From Prasinococcaceae sp. CCMP 1430 (taxonomy: Eukaryota; Plantae; Prasinodermophyta): 36,753 bases of DNA. A program made the translations under genes and the position numbers. The stretch is taken from positions 651,138 to 687,890 of the forward strand of contig RQSC01000028.1 in NCBI GenBank assembly GCA_013416795.1. Reading direction: 5' to 3'. The notes beneath the pieces were generated by a model, which did not search any database, was not told where the DNA came from, and was given only the letters and a program-made list of their open reading frames with translations. Positions 35,236 to 36,753 of this stretch are shown here, piece after piece (position 1 is the first letter of the stretch; each line of letters begins with the position of its first letter).

Positions 35236-36753
35236 TCACTTGCCGCTGAGCAGCTTGCCGTCCTCGCTGACGTTTAGGCCCTTGTCGTCCGTGTGTCCGG
35301 CGGGCACGTGCGGTGCCGCGCTCATCGCCGCCGGACGGATTCGCAGCACGTGGCGCGCGCTCTCTGGCAGGCCCCAAATGGTGCCGTCGTTGGCGCCGTA
35401 CGCGCCCTGAAACTTCTTGTGCGCCGAGGGTAGCTTGCCCATCAGCTCGAGGCGGTTGGTGGCGCAGTGGATCTTCAGCACCTGCGTGGCGTCGCAGGGG
35501 ATCGCGTACACGGCGTCCCCACCCTCGTCGCCCGCGCCCGGCACGAGCACCCCGCCCTGCCACTTGTTTCCCCAGTCCGAGAGGTTGCCCACGCGCTCGA
35601 ACTTGTCTTTCTCACCCTCCGCTCGCGCCGGCGAAATTTTGAGCGCGTACGTGCAGTCGCTCGGCAGGCACCACACGTGCCCCTCTGAGTCCGCTACCGC
35701 GCCGCCGAACTTGTACTTGCCGTCGCCGACGACGTCCGTGCCGAGGACCTCAATCGTCTCCGTCTCCGGTGTGATCTTCATCACGCCGTTGTAGTGCGAG
35801 CTCACCCCCCAGATGGCACCGGTCGCCCGGTCGGCGGTGCCACCGTGCCACTTCCAGCCGCCCCGCGGGAACTCGGGCCCGACCGTGGTCACCTGGACGT
35901 CGTCCGCGCCTGGCGCGCTCTGCGGCACTATCTTGAGCGCGCGCGTGGCGTTGTACGGGATGCCCCAGATGGATCCGTCCTTGCCCTTGATGCCGCCGTA
36001 CCATTTGTTCTTGGCACCGGGGTAGTCGGTGAGGTCCGGCCCGTGCAGGCTCACGGTGTCCGTCGCGGGCTCGATGCGCAGCACCCGCCGCGCGTTGGCC
36101 GGAATGCAGTAGATGTTGCCGTCGCTCTTGGCGAGCGAGCCGCCGTGCCACTTCCACGTGCCCTTAGGGATGACGTCGCCGCCGAAGAGCGTGTATGAGT
36201 CGTCGCTCGGGTCAATCTTGAGCACCTGCGACGCGCAGGCCGGGATGCAGTAGATGCAGCCGTTGGCCGCGCGCACGCCGCGCAGCCACTTGAAGTCGCC
36301 GCGCGGCAGCGCGCCGTCGTGCAGGCGCGTGCACTCGCCCGTGCGCGTGTCCACCTTGATAATGAAGCGCGCGTGCGCGGGCACGCCGTACAGGTAGCGC
36401 TCGGAGATGTCCACCGCTCCGCCGAGGAACTTGCGGCTGCCATACAGGTGCGGTCCCCACAGGTCGACGATGTCGTCGCTCGCGGGCTCGTCGCGGCCGA
36501 GCAGGCCGAGCGTCGCCGCGCGCAGCAGGGCCCGCAGCGCGCGAGCGAGCGGGGCGCGGCGCGGCGCGGCGTTCGTCGACTTCCTGACCTCGTTCCCGTC
36601 GGCGTCGGTCGCGCGCACGATGCTCACGTGGTCGCCCGGCGGCGCGAGGCTGCCGCACTCGCAGCGCTCCTTTCGCTCGATCGAGCAGTTGGTGAACACG
36701 GCGGCCGTCCGCCGCCGCGCGCGCACCTCGCGCGCCGAGCGCAGCCGCGCGCG
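35236..36753 (-). CDS. Beta-propeller-like repeat protein (8 repeats of ~45 aa, KWxGG..dGxIYxIP..A..VLKIxP); 5' partial
   Basis: Eight alignable repeats are visible in the translation, and the frame is open to the window end. Confidence 0.85.
   Translation of the reverse strand, partial: RARLRSAREVRARRRTAAVFTNCSIERKERCECGSLAPPGDHVSIVRATDADGNEVRKSTNAAPRRAPLARALRALLRAATLGLLGRDEPASDDIVDLWGPHLYGSRKFLGGAVDISERYLYGVPAHARFIIKVDTRTGECTRLHDGALPRGDFKWLRGVRAANGCIYCIPACASQVLKIDPSDDSYTLFGGDVIPKGTWKWHGGSLAKSDGNIYCIPANARRVLRIEPATDTVSLHGPDLTDYPGAKNKWYGGIKGKDGSIWGIPYNATRALKIVPQSAPGADDVQVTTVGPEFPRGGWKWHGGTADRATGAIWGVSSHYNGVMKITPETETIEVLGTDVVGDGKYKFGGAVADSEGHVWCLPSDCTYALKISPARAEGEKDKFERVGNLSDWGNKWQGGVLVPGAGDEGGDAVYAIPCDATQVLKIHCATNRLELMGKLPSAHKKFQGAYGANDGTIWGLPESARHVLRIRPAAMSAAPHVPAGHTDDKGLNVSEDGKLLSGK

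Overview
Very GC-rich, gene-dense eukaryotic nuclear DNA, most likely from a green alga of prasinophyte grade. This is inferred from plant-type DVR, TERC, cytochrome P450 reductase and a chloroplast-type methyltransferase sitting next to axonemal genes, plus TGTAA poly(A)-type signals. About 12 protein-coding loci lie mostly in alternating orientation with short spacers: DVR (5' partial), a MORN/transmembrane/acidic protein, IQCH, a TerC-family protein, an orphan 3' fragment of a CFAP74-like gene, CFAP210, a hypothetical protein, a DNAH6-like dynein heavy chain, a UDP-galactose transporter, CPR, a SAM methyltransferase and an 8-repeat beta-propeller (5' partial). Introns are few and short (about 170-260 nt). 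Several are TG-rich at the 5' end and CA-rich at the 3' end, so they are self-complementary. The most striking feature is at 11218-11363, where two intron 3' ends appear fused back-to-back through a (TG)28 tract, leaving the CFAP74-like gene without its 5' part; this is either an inversion or a misassembly. Other leads are a TerC with acidic dileucine motifs, a 141-bp promoter duplication with fixed-spacing motifs, telomere-like repeats in divergent promoters, and three genes whose apparent coding region has no in-frame AUG at its 5' end. No rRNA, tRNA, CRISPR array or transposase was recognised. Family assignments come from remembered motifs, not from database searches.
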